A stretch of DNA of 62,867 nucleotides. Source: an uncultured bacterium (GTDB taxonomy: Bacteria > Fidelibacterota > Marinisomatia > Marinisomatales > UBA1611). The position numbers and the translations under genes were made by a program. Each line of letters opens with the position of its first letter. Position 1 is the stretch's first letter. The stretch spans positions 1 to 62,867 of the forward strand of contig CAZLPW010000006.1 of the NCBI GenBank assembly GCA_964561495.1, read 5' to 3'. The notes beneath the pieces were generated by a model. The model did no database searches, was not told where the DNA came from, and worked only from the letters and a program-made list of their open reading frames with translations. This document shows, piece after piece, positions 51,021 to 60,515 of this stretch.

Positions 51021-51722
51021 ATGATTATATCAATTCATCAACCTCAATATTTACCGTGGCTACCGTTTTTTGATAAAGTCGATAAAAGTGATTATTTTAT
51101 ATATTTAGATAATGTTCAATTTCAAAAAAATGGCGTCCAAAATAGAAACAAGATTAAGACTCCACATGGAGAGTTATGGTTAACTGTTCCTGTCAGTAGA
51201 TCAGGGTTAGATACTAAAATTAAAGATGTTAAAATAAATGGAGAATTATTTAAGAAAAAGCATATTAAATCAATTAAGCAAAATTATTCTAGCGCTCCCT
51301 ACCTTAATAATTATTTAGATCAAATTGAAAAAATTATTGATATTGATTATTCCAATTTGGCAGATCTTAATATTGCGTTAAGCGAATGGTTTTTTAAACA
51401 ATTTCAGATTAATACAATTAGATTAAGAGCTTCAGAATTGGATGCAAGAGGATCAAAGGGTGATTTAGTGCTAGATATTTGTGAAAAACTTGATGCAAGT
51501 GTGTATATATCTGGTCGCGGAGCAAAAGACTACCAAGATGAAGAAAAATTTTCCAGAAAAAATATTACTATCAAATATCAACAATATAATTCACCAATCT
51601 ACAAACAATGTTGGCCAAAACTGGGATTCGTCAAAGATCTTTCATCTTTAGATTTGTTGTTGAACGAAGGGCCAAAGAACTCAAGATCAATTTTATTGAA
51701 AGGTAGAAATGGTTATAAATAG
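51021..51722 (+). CDS. WbqC-family protein (function unknown)
   Basis: 233 aa. ISIHQPQYLPWLPFFDKV...YLDNVQFQKNGVQNRNKIKT is the characteristic WbqC N-terminus. Confidence 0.7.
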   Translation: MIISIHQPQYLPWLPFFDKVDKSDYFIYLDNVQFQKNGVQNRNKIKTPHGELWLTVPVSRSGLDTKIKDVKINGELFKKKHIKSIKQNYSSAPYLNNYLDQIEKIIDIDYSNLADLNIALSEWFFKQFQINTIRLRASELDARGSKGDLVLDICEKLDASVYISGRGAKDYQDEEKFSRKNITIKYQQYNSPIYKQCWPKLGFVKDLSSLDLLLNEGPKNSRSILLKGRNGYK

Positions 51723-51761
51723 CAGCGCTCATAAAACTGGACGACTTTTTTTTATTGTTCT

Positions 51762-52832
51762 ATGAATATTATTCCCCATTCTTCATCTGACATTACAAAG
51801 AATGATATTGAATCTGTAATCAGTGTTCTTGAAGGCAATTTTGTTGGCTATGGTAGCAAGACAATTTCTTTAGAAAAGCAATTAGGTAAATTTATTAATG
51901 CTGATTATGTCTATGCTGTGAACACAGGATCATCTGCTTTATGGTTAGCTTTTAAAATTCTTAACTTACCCATAGGGTCAAAGGTTATCACTACGTCATA
52001 TTCATGTGTGGCTATAATTAATTCAATTTGCAATGCAGGATTAATACCAACTTTCGTTGATTTAGATTTAAATACTGTTAATGCTGATGTTGAAACAATA
52101 TTTAATGTTTGCAAATCATCTAGTGATATATGTGCTATTGTATTTCCTCATATAGGTGGTTATCCTTCTGAAATATCAATTCTAAAAAATTTAGATATAC
52201 CAATTATAGAAGATTGTGCAGCATCAATTGGGTCACTTACTTCAAATGGTCTTGTTGGTGCTCTTGGTGATATAGCAATTTTTTCTTTTGGTTCTACAAA
52301 GTTAATTACTGGTGGTAATGGTGGTGCTATTGCATTTAATAATAGGAAAAATGCTGAGCAAATGGAAAAGTTTCTTGATTATGAATTAAAAAATTTTAAT
52401 TATTTTGACGATAAGTTTGAAAATAAGGTTAATGAGCGAATGTCCAATTTGACTGCTGCTTTAACGCTATCTCAATTATCAAATTTGGATAATAATATAA
52501 GTTTAAGGCGTAAATATGCAAGTATGTATTCTGAGGAAATTAGTTTACATGATGATGCAACTTTTCCAAAAGAACCGCCTAATCAATGTTCTTTTTGGCG
52601 CTATATTTTCTTTTCATCACGTAGAGATGACTGGATATCTCATATGAAAAGTTTGGGAATTGATGCTCGACCATCTATTGCACATCAACTTTATAAATAT
52701 TTTGATTTAAAAAATAAAGATTTTCCTAATAGTGTCCGAGTTAATAATGATTTAGTTTCACTCCCTATTTACACCAGATTAACAGAGGGAGAGGTGAAAA
52801 GAATTATAAACGCTATAAAATCATTTAGATAA
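51762..52832 (+). CDS. DegT/DnrJ/EryC1-family aminotransferase
   Basis: 356 aa. Motifs NTGSSALWLA, EDCAASIG, FSFGSTKLITGGNGGA (PLP Lys). Confidence 0.7.
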   Translation: MNIIPHSSSDITKNDIESVISVLEGNFVGYGSKTISLEKQLGKFINADYVYAVNTGSSALWLAFKILNLPIGSKVITTSYSCVAIINSICNAGLIPTFVDLDLNTVNADVETIFNVCKSSSDICAIVFPHIGGYPSEISILKNLDIPIIEDCAASIGSLTSNGLVGALGDIAIFSFGSTKLITGGNGGAIAFNNRKNAEQMEKFLDYELKNFNYFDDKFENKVNERMSNLTAALTLSQLSNLDNNISLRRKYASMYSEEISLHDDATFPKEPPNQCSFWRYIFFSSRRDDWISHMKSLGIDARPSIAHQLYKYFDLKNKDFPNSVRVNNDLVSLPIYTRLTEGEVKRIINAIKSFR

Positions 52833-52834
52833 AT

Positions 52835-54049
52835 ATGTCCAAAATTAAAAAAATTAGCAAAGTATTAGCTATTACTTATAGCAGGTCAGAGTATGACTTA
52901 TTGAGTTATTTGTATAACGCTTTATCAGAAGATAATGAAATTGATTTTAGAATTTTAGCAGGTGGTGCGCATCTTAGTTCGCAATATAATTTATCTATCA
53001 ATCAGATTGTAGATGATGGGCATCAAATTTTAACAAAGATTGAGACACTTCTTGATAGTGATTCTGATGTTGGAAGAATAAAAAGTGCTGCTATACTAAT
53101 GATGGGAGCAATAGAGCCTATATCGGAATTTAATCCAGACCTTATAATTTATGCAGGTGATAGAGAAGAGGTCATGGTAGGAGCAATGATTTCTGGTTAT
53201 CTTAAAGTTCCAAGTATGCATTTTTTTGCTGGAGATCATGATTTAGATGGTTTAATTGATAATCCAATACGGCATGCAACATCAAGACTTTCTTCTTATC
53301 AAATAGTTTCAATTGATGAACATTACAAAAGGCTGATTGCAACTGGTTTAAATCCAGAACGTATTTATTGCATTGGCAGTTGTGCATTAGATAAATTTCG
53401 TTTAGAACCAAAATTATCTAAGAAAGAACTAATTAATAGATTAGGAAAGAAATATATCTTTGAAAGACCCTATGCTTTGGTTATTCATCATTCATTAATG
53501 GGCAAAGAGGATAGATCTATAATTGAACTGTCTAATATTATAGAATCACTTGATGAAAGAGGAATACCTATAGTAATAAATTCACCAAATATAGACCCAG
53601 GATCTAAAAAGTTGTTAAGGCTTATTAGTGATTATAATAATGATGATAAAAAACTTTTTATTAATAATCTTTCAAGATTAGAATTTGTAAATATTTATAG
53701 GCATGCAAATTTTCAGATCGGAAATTCAAGTTCAGGCATATGTGAAGCTGCTTCTATACCATTGCCTGTCGTTAATGTTGGTGATCGAATGATTGGGCGT
53801 AAATCTATGGGGAATGTCATATGGTGTAATGGTGATAAGAAAGTGATTGGTTCTTCGATTGATAAGGCCGTTAGTGAAGATTTCTACCTTAAAAAAGTTA
53901 AGGGAATAAAAAATATATATGGAGATGGTCATGCTTCAGAAAGAGCATTTAATTTGATAAAATCAATTGACCTAAGCAATTATGAAGAATTTAGGATTGA
54001 AGACCCTCTTAAGGTATTTAATGATTCAATGAAAAATAACAACAAATAA
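52835..54049 (+). CDS. neuC: Hydrolysing nucleotide-sugar 2-epimerase (NeuC/LegG family)
   Basis: 404 aa. Motifs AITYSRSEYDLL, YAGDREE, GNSSSGICEA. Lies in NulO gene context. Confidence 0.75.
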   Translation: MSKIKKISKVLAITYSRSEYDLLSYLYNALSEDNEIDFRILAGGAHLSSQYNLSINQIVDDGHQILTKIETLLDSDSDVGRIKSAAILMMGAIEPISEFNPDLIIYAGDREEVMVGAMISGYLKVPSMHFFAGDHDLDGLIDNPIRHATSRLSSYQIVSIDEHYKRLIATGLNPERIYCIGSCALDKFRLEPKLSKKELINRLGKKYIFERPYALVIHHSLMGKEDRSIIELSNIIESLDERGIPIVINSPNIDPGSKKLLRLISDYNNDDKKLFINNLSRLEFVNIYRHANFQIGNSSSGICEAASIPLPVVNVGDRMIGRKSMGNVIWCNGDKKVIGSSIDKAVSEDFYLKKVKGIKNIYGDGHASERAFNLIKSIDLSNYEEFRIEDPLKVFNDSMKNNNK

Positions 54050-54089
54050 TAATGATAAGAGTATTTTAGATAATGATTAAAAAAAAACA

Positions 54090-54755
54090 ATGAAAAAAAC
54101 CCTCGTAATTGCGCCACACCCTGATGATGAAACTCTAGGGTGCGGAGGAACACTTTTTCGTCATAAGTTAGAAGGGGATGATTTATATTGGTTAATTGTT
54201 ACATGCATTAGTAATAATTCAGGTTGGTCAAAGGATGAAGTAAATAGACGCAATGAAGAGATAGATAAAGTATCAAAAAAGTTTGCTTTTAAAGATGTTT
54301 TTAACCTTTCAATCCCTACAACGAAAATAGATACAATCCCTTTATCTGAATTAATTTCAAAAATAACAAATATTTACAAAAAGGTGGAACCAGAGATTAT
54401 TTATATGCCTTTTGTGGATGATGTGCATACAGATCATCGAATAATAGCTGAAGTTGTACAATCAACTTTTAAATGGTTTCGCAATCCCTTTATAAATAAA
54501 ATATTAATGTATGAAACTCCTTCTGAAACAGATTTTAATTTTATATCGCAGAGGAAATTTCATGCTAATGTATTTATAGATATATCCAACCATATAAAAG
54601 ATAAAATTGAAGCAATGAAGATCTATGAAAGTGAAATGGGTGAATTCCCCTTTCCGCGAAGTGAAAAAAGTATACGCTCGTTAGCAGCTTTGAGAGGTAG
54701 CCAGAGTGGATTTAAATCAGCGGAAGCCTTTGAACTTGTATTTGAACGAAAATAA
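54090..54755 (+). CDS. PIG-L/LmbE-family N-deacetylase
   Basis: 221 aa. Motifs LVIAPHPDDETLGCGGTL and VHTDHR (zinc ligands). Confidence 0.8.
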   Translation: MKKTLVIAPHPDDETLGCGGTLFRHKLEGDDLYWLIVTCISNNSGWSKDEVNRRNEEIDKVSKKFAFKDVFNLSIPTTKIDTIPLSELISKITNIYKKVEPEIIYMPFVDDVHTDHRIIAEVVQSTFKWFRNPFINKILMYETPSETDFNFISQRKFHANVFIDISNHIKDKIEAMKIYESEMGEFPFPRSEKSIRSLAALRGSQSGFKSAEAFELVFERK

Positions 54756-55802
54756 ATGAAGGATATTACAGTAAATCAAAGTATCAGTATTCGAGATGCT
54801 ATGAAAGCTCTTGATTCAACAGCAGAAAAATGTCTTTTAGTAGTAGATGAAAATAATAAATTGCTTGGAACTCTTACTGATGGTGATATTAGACGAAGTA
54901 TTCTTTCAGGAGCGAAATTTTCAGTAGATATTTCAGATTGTTATAATTCCAAACCGATTACATTGGTTAAAGGAAAATATAAAGTAAATGATGTTAAAAA
55001 ATTGTTTAATGATAAAAAAATCGATTTAATTCCCATTATAGATCAAGAATTTGTTGTCGTAGATTTTGTTACATGGTCAACAATTAACGGAACCAAAAAA
55101 CCATCAAAATCACTTAATGATGTTAGCATTATTATAATGGCAGGTGGTAAAGGTAGTCGTTTACAACCCTTCACCAATGTATTACCAAAGCCATTAGTGC
55201 CTGTACAAGAAAAGCCGATTATAGAACATATTATTGATCGATTTTCTGAATTTGGATGCTCTCATTTTTACTTATCAATAAACTATAAAGGAAAAATACT
55301 TAAAGCTTATTTTGAAGATTTGGAACCTGCTTATAAAGTAAATTATATTGAGGAGAAAGAACCTCTTGGGACGGCTGGTAGCTTGCGTTTAATCTCTGGA
55401 AAATTCAATAAACCTTTTTTTGTGACCAACTGTGATATCATTATCAAAACGGATTACGCAAAACTATATGATTTCCATTGCAAGGGTGGTTATGATGTGA
55501 CTCTGGTTGCTTCATTAAAAGAGCATATTATTCCTTATGGAACTTGCGAATTAAATAGTGATGGTAATCTCTCTCATATTAATGAGAAACCGCATTACGA
55601 TTTTCTCATTAATACTGGTCTGTATGTGCTTAATCCTGATGTCTTAAATCTGATCCCAAAAGACAAGTTTTATCATATTACTCATCTTATTGAAGATGTA
55701 AAAAACAATGGAAAGAAGGTGGGTATTTTCCCTGTTGATGATGATAAATGGATTGATGTGGGTCAGTGGAATGAATATAAGAAGGTTATAGATTTATTAT
55801 GA
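54756..55802 (+). CDS. ptmE: CBS-pair + sugar-1-phosphate nucleotidyltransferase (PtmE-like)
   Basis: 348 aa. N-terminal tandem CBS region (LLVVDENNKLLGTLTDGDIRR), then IIMAGGKGSRLQPFTNVLPKPLVPV. Confidence 0.78.
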   Translation: MKDITVNQSISIRDAMKALDSTAEKCLLVVDENNKLLGTLTDGDIRRSILSGAKFSVDISDCYNSKPITLVKGKYKVNDVKKLFNDKKIDLIPIIDQEFVVVDFVTWSTINGTKKPSKSLNDVSIIIMAGGKGSRLQPFTNVLPKPLVPVQEKPIIEHIIDRFSEFGCSHFYLSINYKGKILKAYFEDLEPAYKVNYIEEKEPLGTAGSLRLISGKFNKPFFVTNCDIIIKTDYAKLYDFHCKGGYDVTLVASLKEHIIPYGTCELNSDGNLSHINEKPHYDFLINTGLYVLNPDVLNLIPKDKFYHITHLIEDVKNNGKKVGIFPVDDDKWIDVGQWNEYKKVIDLL

Positions 55803-56536
55803 TTGATGGAAAAACAGTTTTATCAGTTATTCCTGCCAGAGGAGGGAGCAAGGGTTTGCCCAAAAAAAATATTCTACCTCTTGCTGGGAAACCTTTAATC
55901 GGTTGGTCAATAGAAGCAGCAAAAAAATCAAAATATATTGATAAGCTCATCGTTTCCACTGATGATGTGGAGATTGCTAATGTAGCAAAATCATATGATT
56001 GTGAAGTCCCATTTTTGCGACCTAATGATTTTGCTCTTGATGATTCACCATCATCTGAAGTTATTATTCATTCGATTGATTTTTTTGAGAAGATGGGTTT
56101 AATATTTGATTATATTGTTCTTCTTGAGCCAACATCCCCTTTGCGAGAAACAAGCGATATAGATAAAGCGATAGAAATATTACATTCAAATATAGACTTA
56201 GCTGATTCAATTGTTGGTGTTTCAAAAGTCGAAGCTACACATCCAGCATTTGATCTTCGTATAAATGATAAAGGTCTTATAGAGCCCTATCTTGGAGGAA
56301 GTTTTTCATTATTCAGGAGGCAAGAAATAGAATCGTTATATTATTTTGAAGGATCCTTATATATTTCAGATACGCAAGTATATTTAAAGGAAAAGAACTT
56401 TTATCATGATAGAACCATGCCATTTATCTTGCCAAGATGGAAAGCAATTGAAATAGATGAATACATTGATATGATTGTTGCTGAGGCAATAATTAATAAT
56501 CTAGATGAAATTCGAAACAGGACTAAAAATGTCTAA
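55799..56536 (+). CDS. neuA: Acylneuraminate/legionaminate cytidylyltransferase (NeuA/LegF family)
   Basis: 245 aa. Motifs VLSVIPARGGSKGLPKKNI, LLEPTSPLR. Confidence 0.8.
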   Translation: MIDGKTVLSVIPARGGSKGLPKKNILPLAGKPLIGWSIEAAKKSKYIDKLIVSTDDVEIANVAKSYDCEVPFLRPNDFALDDSPSSEVIIHSIDFFEKMGLIFDYIVLLEPTSPLRETSDIDKAIEILHSNIDLADSIVGVSKVEATHPAFDLRINDKGLIEPYLGGSFSLFRRQEIESLYYFEGSLYISDTQVYLKEKNFYHDRTMPFILPRWKAIEIDEYIDMIVAEAIINNLDEIRNRTKNV

Positions 56537-57839
56537 AAGAGGGCCAAAGCTTTGGGAAAAAGCAAAAACCATTATTCCTGGTGGCAATCAGCTGTTATCC
56601 AAAAGAGGGGAGCTTTTTATTCCCGGACTTTGGCCGTCCTATTATAAAAAGGCTAAGGGTTGTGAAATTTGGGATCTAGATGACAATCGTTACTTTGATT
56701 TTGCAGGAATGGGCGTCACAGCCTGTGTTCTTGGTTATGCAGATGACGATATTGATAATGCGGTAAAGAATGCTATAACTAATGGTTCAATGGGAACATT
56801 GAATTCTTTTGAAGAAGTACAGCTTGCTGAAAAATTAATTGAGCTCCACCCGTGGGCAGAGATGGTTCGATATGCGAGGACAGGAGGTGAAGCATGTGCG
56901 ATAGCTGTTCGTATAGCTAGGGCAGCATCAGGTAAAGACCATATTGCGTTTTGTGGATATCATGGATGGCATGATTGGTATTTATCTGCGAATTTATCTG
57001 AGGATTCTAATTTAAATGAACAACTTCTTCCTGGATTGGATACAAAAGGTGTACCAAAAGGACTTAAAGGGACTGCCCATCCTTTTTTCTACAATAATAT
57101 TGATTCTTTCTTTGATGTTTTTAATAAATATGGGGATGATATTGGGGTAATTATTATGGAACCGATAAGGGAAAAACCTCCAAAAGATAATTTTCTTCAA
57201 GAAATCAGAAATTTTGCAAAAGAAAAAAATGTTGTCCTTATTTATGATGAGGTTACATCTGGATTTCATAATAATATTGGAGGTATCCATCTTACGCTAG
57301 GAGTTCTTCCCGATATTTGTATTTTTGCTAAAGCTATGGGTAATGGTTATCCTATTTCAGCCATAATAGGGAAAAAAGATATAATGGATGTAGCTCAAAA
57401 TACATTTATTAGTTCAACTATGTGGACAGAACGTTTGGGCTTCGCTGCTAGTTTGGCTACTATTAAAAAGATGCAAGAACAATCTGTACATAAGCTATTG
57501 ATGCAATATGGAATAAAGATTAAAAAAGGTTGGTCGAAAGCAGCTAAAGAGGCGGGAGTTAAGATTATCATAAGTGGGTTAGATTCAATTCCTTATTTCT
57601 CATTTGATTATAAAAATGGTATTGAATTATTAACATATTTTAATCAAGAAATGTTAGATAGGGGTTTCCTTGCTAGTGGAAGTACAGCAACTACATTTGC
57701 ATATACAAATAAAATAATAGATAATTATATTAACAATGTTTTCAAAGTTTTCAAGAAAATAAATAAGCTAGATTTTGATACTAGTCAACATTTAAAAGGA
57801 TCTGTTAAACATACAACTTTTGCCAGATTAACTAGCTAA
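56529..57839 (+). CDS. Class-III aminotransferase, glutamate-1-semialdehyde aminomutase-like
   Basis: IIPGGNQLLSKR near the N-terminus, YDEVTSGFH, IFAKAMGNGYPISAI (PLP Lys). The start is either ATG 56529 (8-nt overlap with neuA) or ATG 56505. Confidence 0.75.
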   Translation: MSKRGPKLWEKAKTIIPGGNQLLSKRGELFIPGLWPSYYKKAKGCEIWDLDDNRYFDFAGMGVTACVLGYADDDIDNAVKNAITNGSMGTLNSFEEVQLAEKLIELHPWAEMVRYARTGGEACAIAVRIARAASGKDHIAFCGYHGWHDWYLSANLSEDSNLNEQLLPGLDTKGVPKGLKGTAHPFFYNNIDSFFDVFNKYGDDIGVIIMEPIREKPPKDNFLQEIRNFAKEKNVVLIYDEVTSGFHNNIGGIHLTLGVLPDICIFAKAMGNGYPISAIIGKKDIMDVAQNTFISSTMWTERLGFAASLATIKKMQEQSVHKLLMQYGIKIKKGWSKAAKEAGVKIIISGLDSIPYFSFDYKNGIELLTYFNQEMLDRGFLASGSTATTFAYTNKIIDNYINNVFKVFKKINKLDFDTSQHLKGSVKHTTFARLTS

Positions 57840-58624
57840 TGTTTGAAAAAGTCAATTATTCAGAAGTTTTTTCATTAAAAGGATCCGTCGTCTATATTAT
57901 TGGTGGGAAGGGTTTAATTGGTAAAGAAATAACAAAAGCTATTTCATCAAACAATGCAAATACCATAGTGCTTGATATTGAAAACGATAACTCAAATGGA
58001 TTGGATAATATTGTTAATTTAAATTTTGATTGTTCTAAGCTTGAAGACATAGAAAATAACTTTAAATCAATTATTGAAGATTTTGGTTGTCCTGATATCT
58101 ATATTAATTGTTCTTATCCTAGAACTGAAGATTGGAGTAAAAATACATTTTCTGATATTTCGCTTCAATCTTTTCGTCAAAATATTGAAATGCACTTAAA
58201 TAGTTATGCTTGGTTAGCTAAGTTGGTAGCAGATGCCATGGTCAAGAACAAAATTGAAGGTAGCATTATTCAATTAGGATCTATATATGGTATTTTAGGT
58301 CAGGATCTTACAATATATGAAGGAACAGAGATGAAAGAAAATATGCCTTACTCTATAATTAAAGGCGGAATAACTAATTTGACCCGGCAAATGGCATCTT
58401 TCTACGGTAAAAATGGCATCAGGGTGAATACGGTATCTCCTGGAGGAGTTTATGATGGTACCCAACCTCAAAAATTTGTAAAACAATATAGCAATAAAGT
58501 CCCTCTTGGTCGGCTAGCCGACCCTTCTGAAATAGCCAGTGCTGTGTTGTTTTTAGCTTCTGAGGCATCATCTTATATAACTGGTACGAACTTAATTGTT
58601 GATGGCGGTTGGTCTATTATCTAA
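57839..58624 (+). CDS. Short-chain dehydrogenase/reductase (PtmA-like)
   Basis: 261 aa. Motifs IIGGKGLIGKE, YSIIKGG (YxxxK), VNTVSPGG. TAATG overlap with the upstream gene. Confidence 0.78.
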   Translation: MFEKVNYSEVFSLKGSVVYIIGGKGLIGKEITKAISSNNANTIVLDIENDNSNGLDNIVNLNFDCSKLEDIENNFKSIIEDFGCPDIYINCSYPRTEDWSKNTFSDISLQSFRQNIEMHLNSYAWLAKLVADAMVKNKIEGSIIQLGSIYGILGQDLTIYEGTEMKENMPYSIIKGGITNLTRQMASFYGKNGIRVNTVSPGGVYDGTQPQKFVKQYSNKVPLGRLADPSEIASAVLFLASEASSYITGTNLIVDGGWSII

Positions 58625-58649
58625 AAAAATAATACTAAGAGTAAATGAA

Positions 58650-59795
58650 ATGAAAATAGTTGCAATGATACCAGCTCGCTTAGGTAGTAAAAGAGTAAAG
58701 AATAAAAACCTAAGACTAATTAATGGCAAACCACTTATACAATACATAATTGATTCTGCAAAAAAATCAAAATATCTAAATAAAATTTATATTAATTCGG
58801 AGGCATCAATTTTTAAAGAGATCGCAGACAATAATGGAATTAATTTTTATCATAGGAATGCAGAATTGGCATCTGATAGCGCTACAAATGATGATTTTTC
58901 CTTAGATTTTATTAATAATGTTGACTGTGATATTTTGATTCAGCTTCTAGCAACGTCACCATTTTTGTCAGTCGAGGAAATAGATTCATTTATTGACAAA
59001 ATGATAAATAATGACTTTGATACTATGGTCTCAGTCTCAGATATAAGGATTGAATGTATTTTTAATGGAACCCCTATTAATTTTGATTCAAAAAAGCAAA
59101 CCCCACCATCACAACTTTTAGAGCCTATAAAAGCTTATGCCTGTGGTATAATGGGTTGGGATACGAATAATTTTAAAAATAATATGGATAAATATGGAGC
59201 TGCATATCATGGTGGGGATGGAAAGATTGGGTTTTATGGGATAAAAGGTTTCTCAACTGTAGATATTGATAATGAAGAAGATTTTATATTAGCTGAAGCA
59301 ATTGCTAGGTCTCAGGATTTAGTGAGAGATAAACCGAAATATTATTCATCAAACCAAGTTCAAAAAATTTACGATGCAGATGTTGCTCAAATTTTAGAAG
59401 GCGATGGGGTGAGCAAAAATAATCAGTTATCTTACAATCTTGAAAAAGTCAGTTTGCAAAAACTTATAGATAAATATGGCCGAAAAGAATCATGGTCTCA
59501 TACTGTGATAAACTCTCCGTCCAATAGTGCTACACTTATTGCTCAATTACCAGGAGAGGGGAATCGAATGCACTATCACCATGATTGGGATGAATGGTGG
59601 TACATACTTGAGGGAGAATGGGAATGGTTAGTTGAAGGTCAAAAAAAACAAATTCTTGCGGGTGAAGTTATTTTTATTGAGAGGAACAGAAAGCATAAAA
59701 TTACAGCCTCAGGCGATAAAATGGCAATAAGACTCGCGGTTAGCAGGTATGATGTAGATCATGTCTATACAGAAAATGATTACAAAAGCAATTAA
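58650..59795 (+). CDS. Fusion: CMP-nonulosonate synthetase-like cytidylyltransferase + C-terminal cupin
   Basis: Start at ATG 58650 (MKIVAMIPARLGSKRVKNKNL). The C-terminus has an exact cupin motif 1, G-EGNRM-H-Y-H-HDWD-E-WWYILE-G, and a degenerate motif 2 (GEVIFIERNRKHKITA). Confidence 0.7.
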   Translation: MKIVAMIPARLGSKRVKNKNLRLINGKPLIQYIIDSAKKSKYLNKIYINSEASIFKEIADNNGINFYHRNAELASDSATNDDFSLDFINNVDCDILIQLLATSPFLSVEEIDSFIDKMINNDFDTMVSVSDIRIECIFNGTPINFDSKKQTPPSQLLEPIKAYACGIMGWDTNNFKNNMDKYGAAYHGGDGKIGFYGIKGFSTVDIDNEEDFILAEAIARSQDLVRDKPKYYSSNQVQKIYDADVAQILEGDGVSKNNQLSYNLEKVSLQKLIDKYGRKESWSHTVINSPSNSATLIAQLPGEGNRMHYHHDWDEWWYILEGEWEWLVEGQKKQILAGEVIFIERNRKHKITASGDKMAIRLAVSRYDVDHVYTENDYKSN

Positions 59796-60468
59796 TTATT
59801 TAATAATTAAAGTAGAAAGATTTTTGCTTTGTACTGGGTATTATAACACTCATTATCGGCAAAAAAAATGGACCAAAATTGCAGTAAAAAATCATCAAAA
59901 AGGTTTACCTAGTTCTTGGGGAAAACAATTAGAAAAAGAGGTAGTTCTAGGCGATTATCTTAAGATTAGAGATGTATTTTTACTACCAAATATTGTAAAT
60001 AAAACGGTTTTAGAACTTGGATGTTTGGATGGGAAATGGAGTCAGTATATTGTGCCCAATGCGAAACATACATTTTTAGTTGATCTATCTAAAGATATCC
60101 TCCCGATATTATTAAATAAAATTAAAAACAGTAAAAATAATTTCACATTTTATGAAACCAAAGGGAATGAACTTCAAGGCATAGATAATAAAACAATTGA
60201 TTTTATATTTTGTATAGATACCTTAGTTCGTGTTAGTAAAAAATCTATAAAAAAATACTTTTTTGAATTTAAGAGAATACTAAAAGAGGATGGGAAAATG
60301 TTAATACATTTACCCTGCAATATTAAAGAGTTATCAGTTAAAAATCATTTTACTAATTTGTCAATTAATGAAATAAAGAAATTTCAATATGAAAATAATT
60401 TTAATGATTTTATTATTGATACCAAAACTATAAATCATGGGGTGCTTTTAAAATATGGTTATGAGTGA
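59761..60468 (+). CDS. Class I SAM-dependent methyltransferase (putative)
   Basis: 235 aa. Motif I-like VLELGCLDGKWS, acidic loop FLVDLS, motif II-like IDFIFCIDTL, GKMLIHLP. The start (59761 or 59776) overlaps the upstream gene. Confidence 0.55.
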   Translation: MSIQKMITKAINYLIIKVERFLLCTGYYNTHYRQKKWTKIAVKNHQKGLPSSWGKQLEKEVVLGDYLKIRDVFLLPNIVNKTVLELGCLDGKWSQYIVPNAKHTFLVDLSKDILPILLNKIKNSKNNFTFYETKGNELQGIDNKTIDFIFCIDTLVRVSKKSIKKYFFEFKRILKEDGKMLIHLPCNIKELSVKNHFTNLSINEIKKFQYENNFNDFIIDTKTINHGVLLKYGYE

Positions 60469-60515
60469 GAACATAATTGTATTCAGAAATTTTACTTTGA
60501 TACGAATCAAAAAAG

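Noticed and set aside
51723-51761. Rho-independent terminator after the WbqC-family gene, suggested by the T-run TTTTTTTTATT at about 51748.
   Set aside because: I could not find a convincing G/C-containing stem immediately upstream of the T-run. The palindromic AGCGCT alone is too short.
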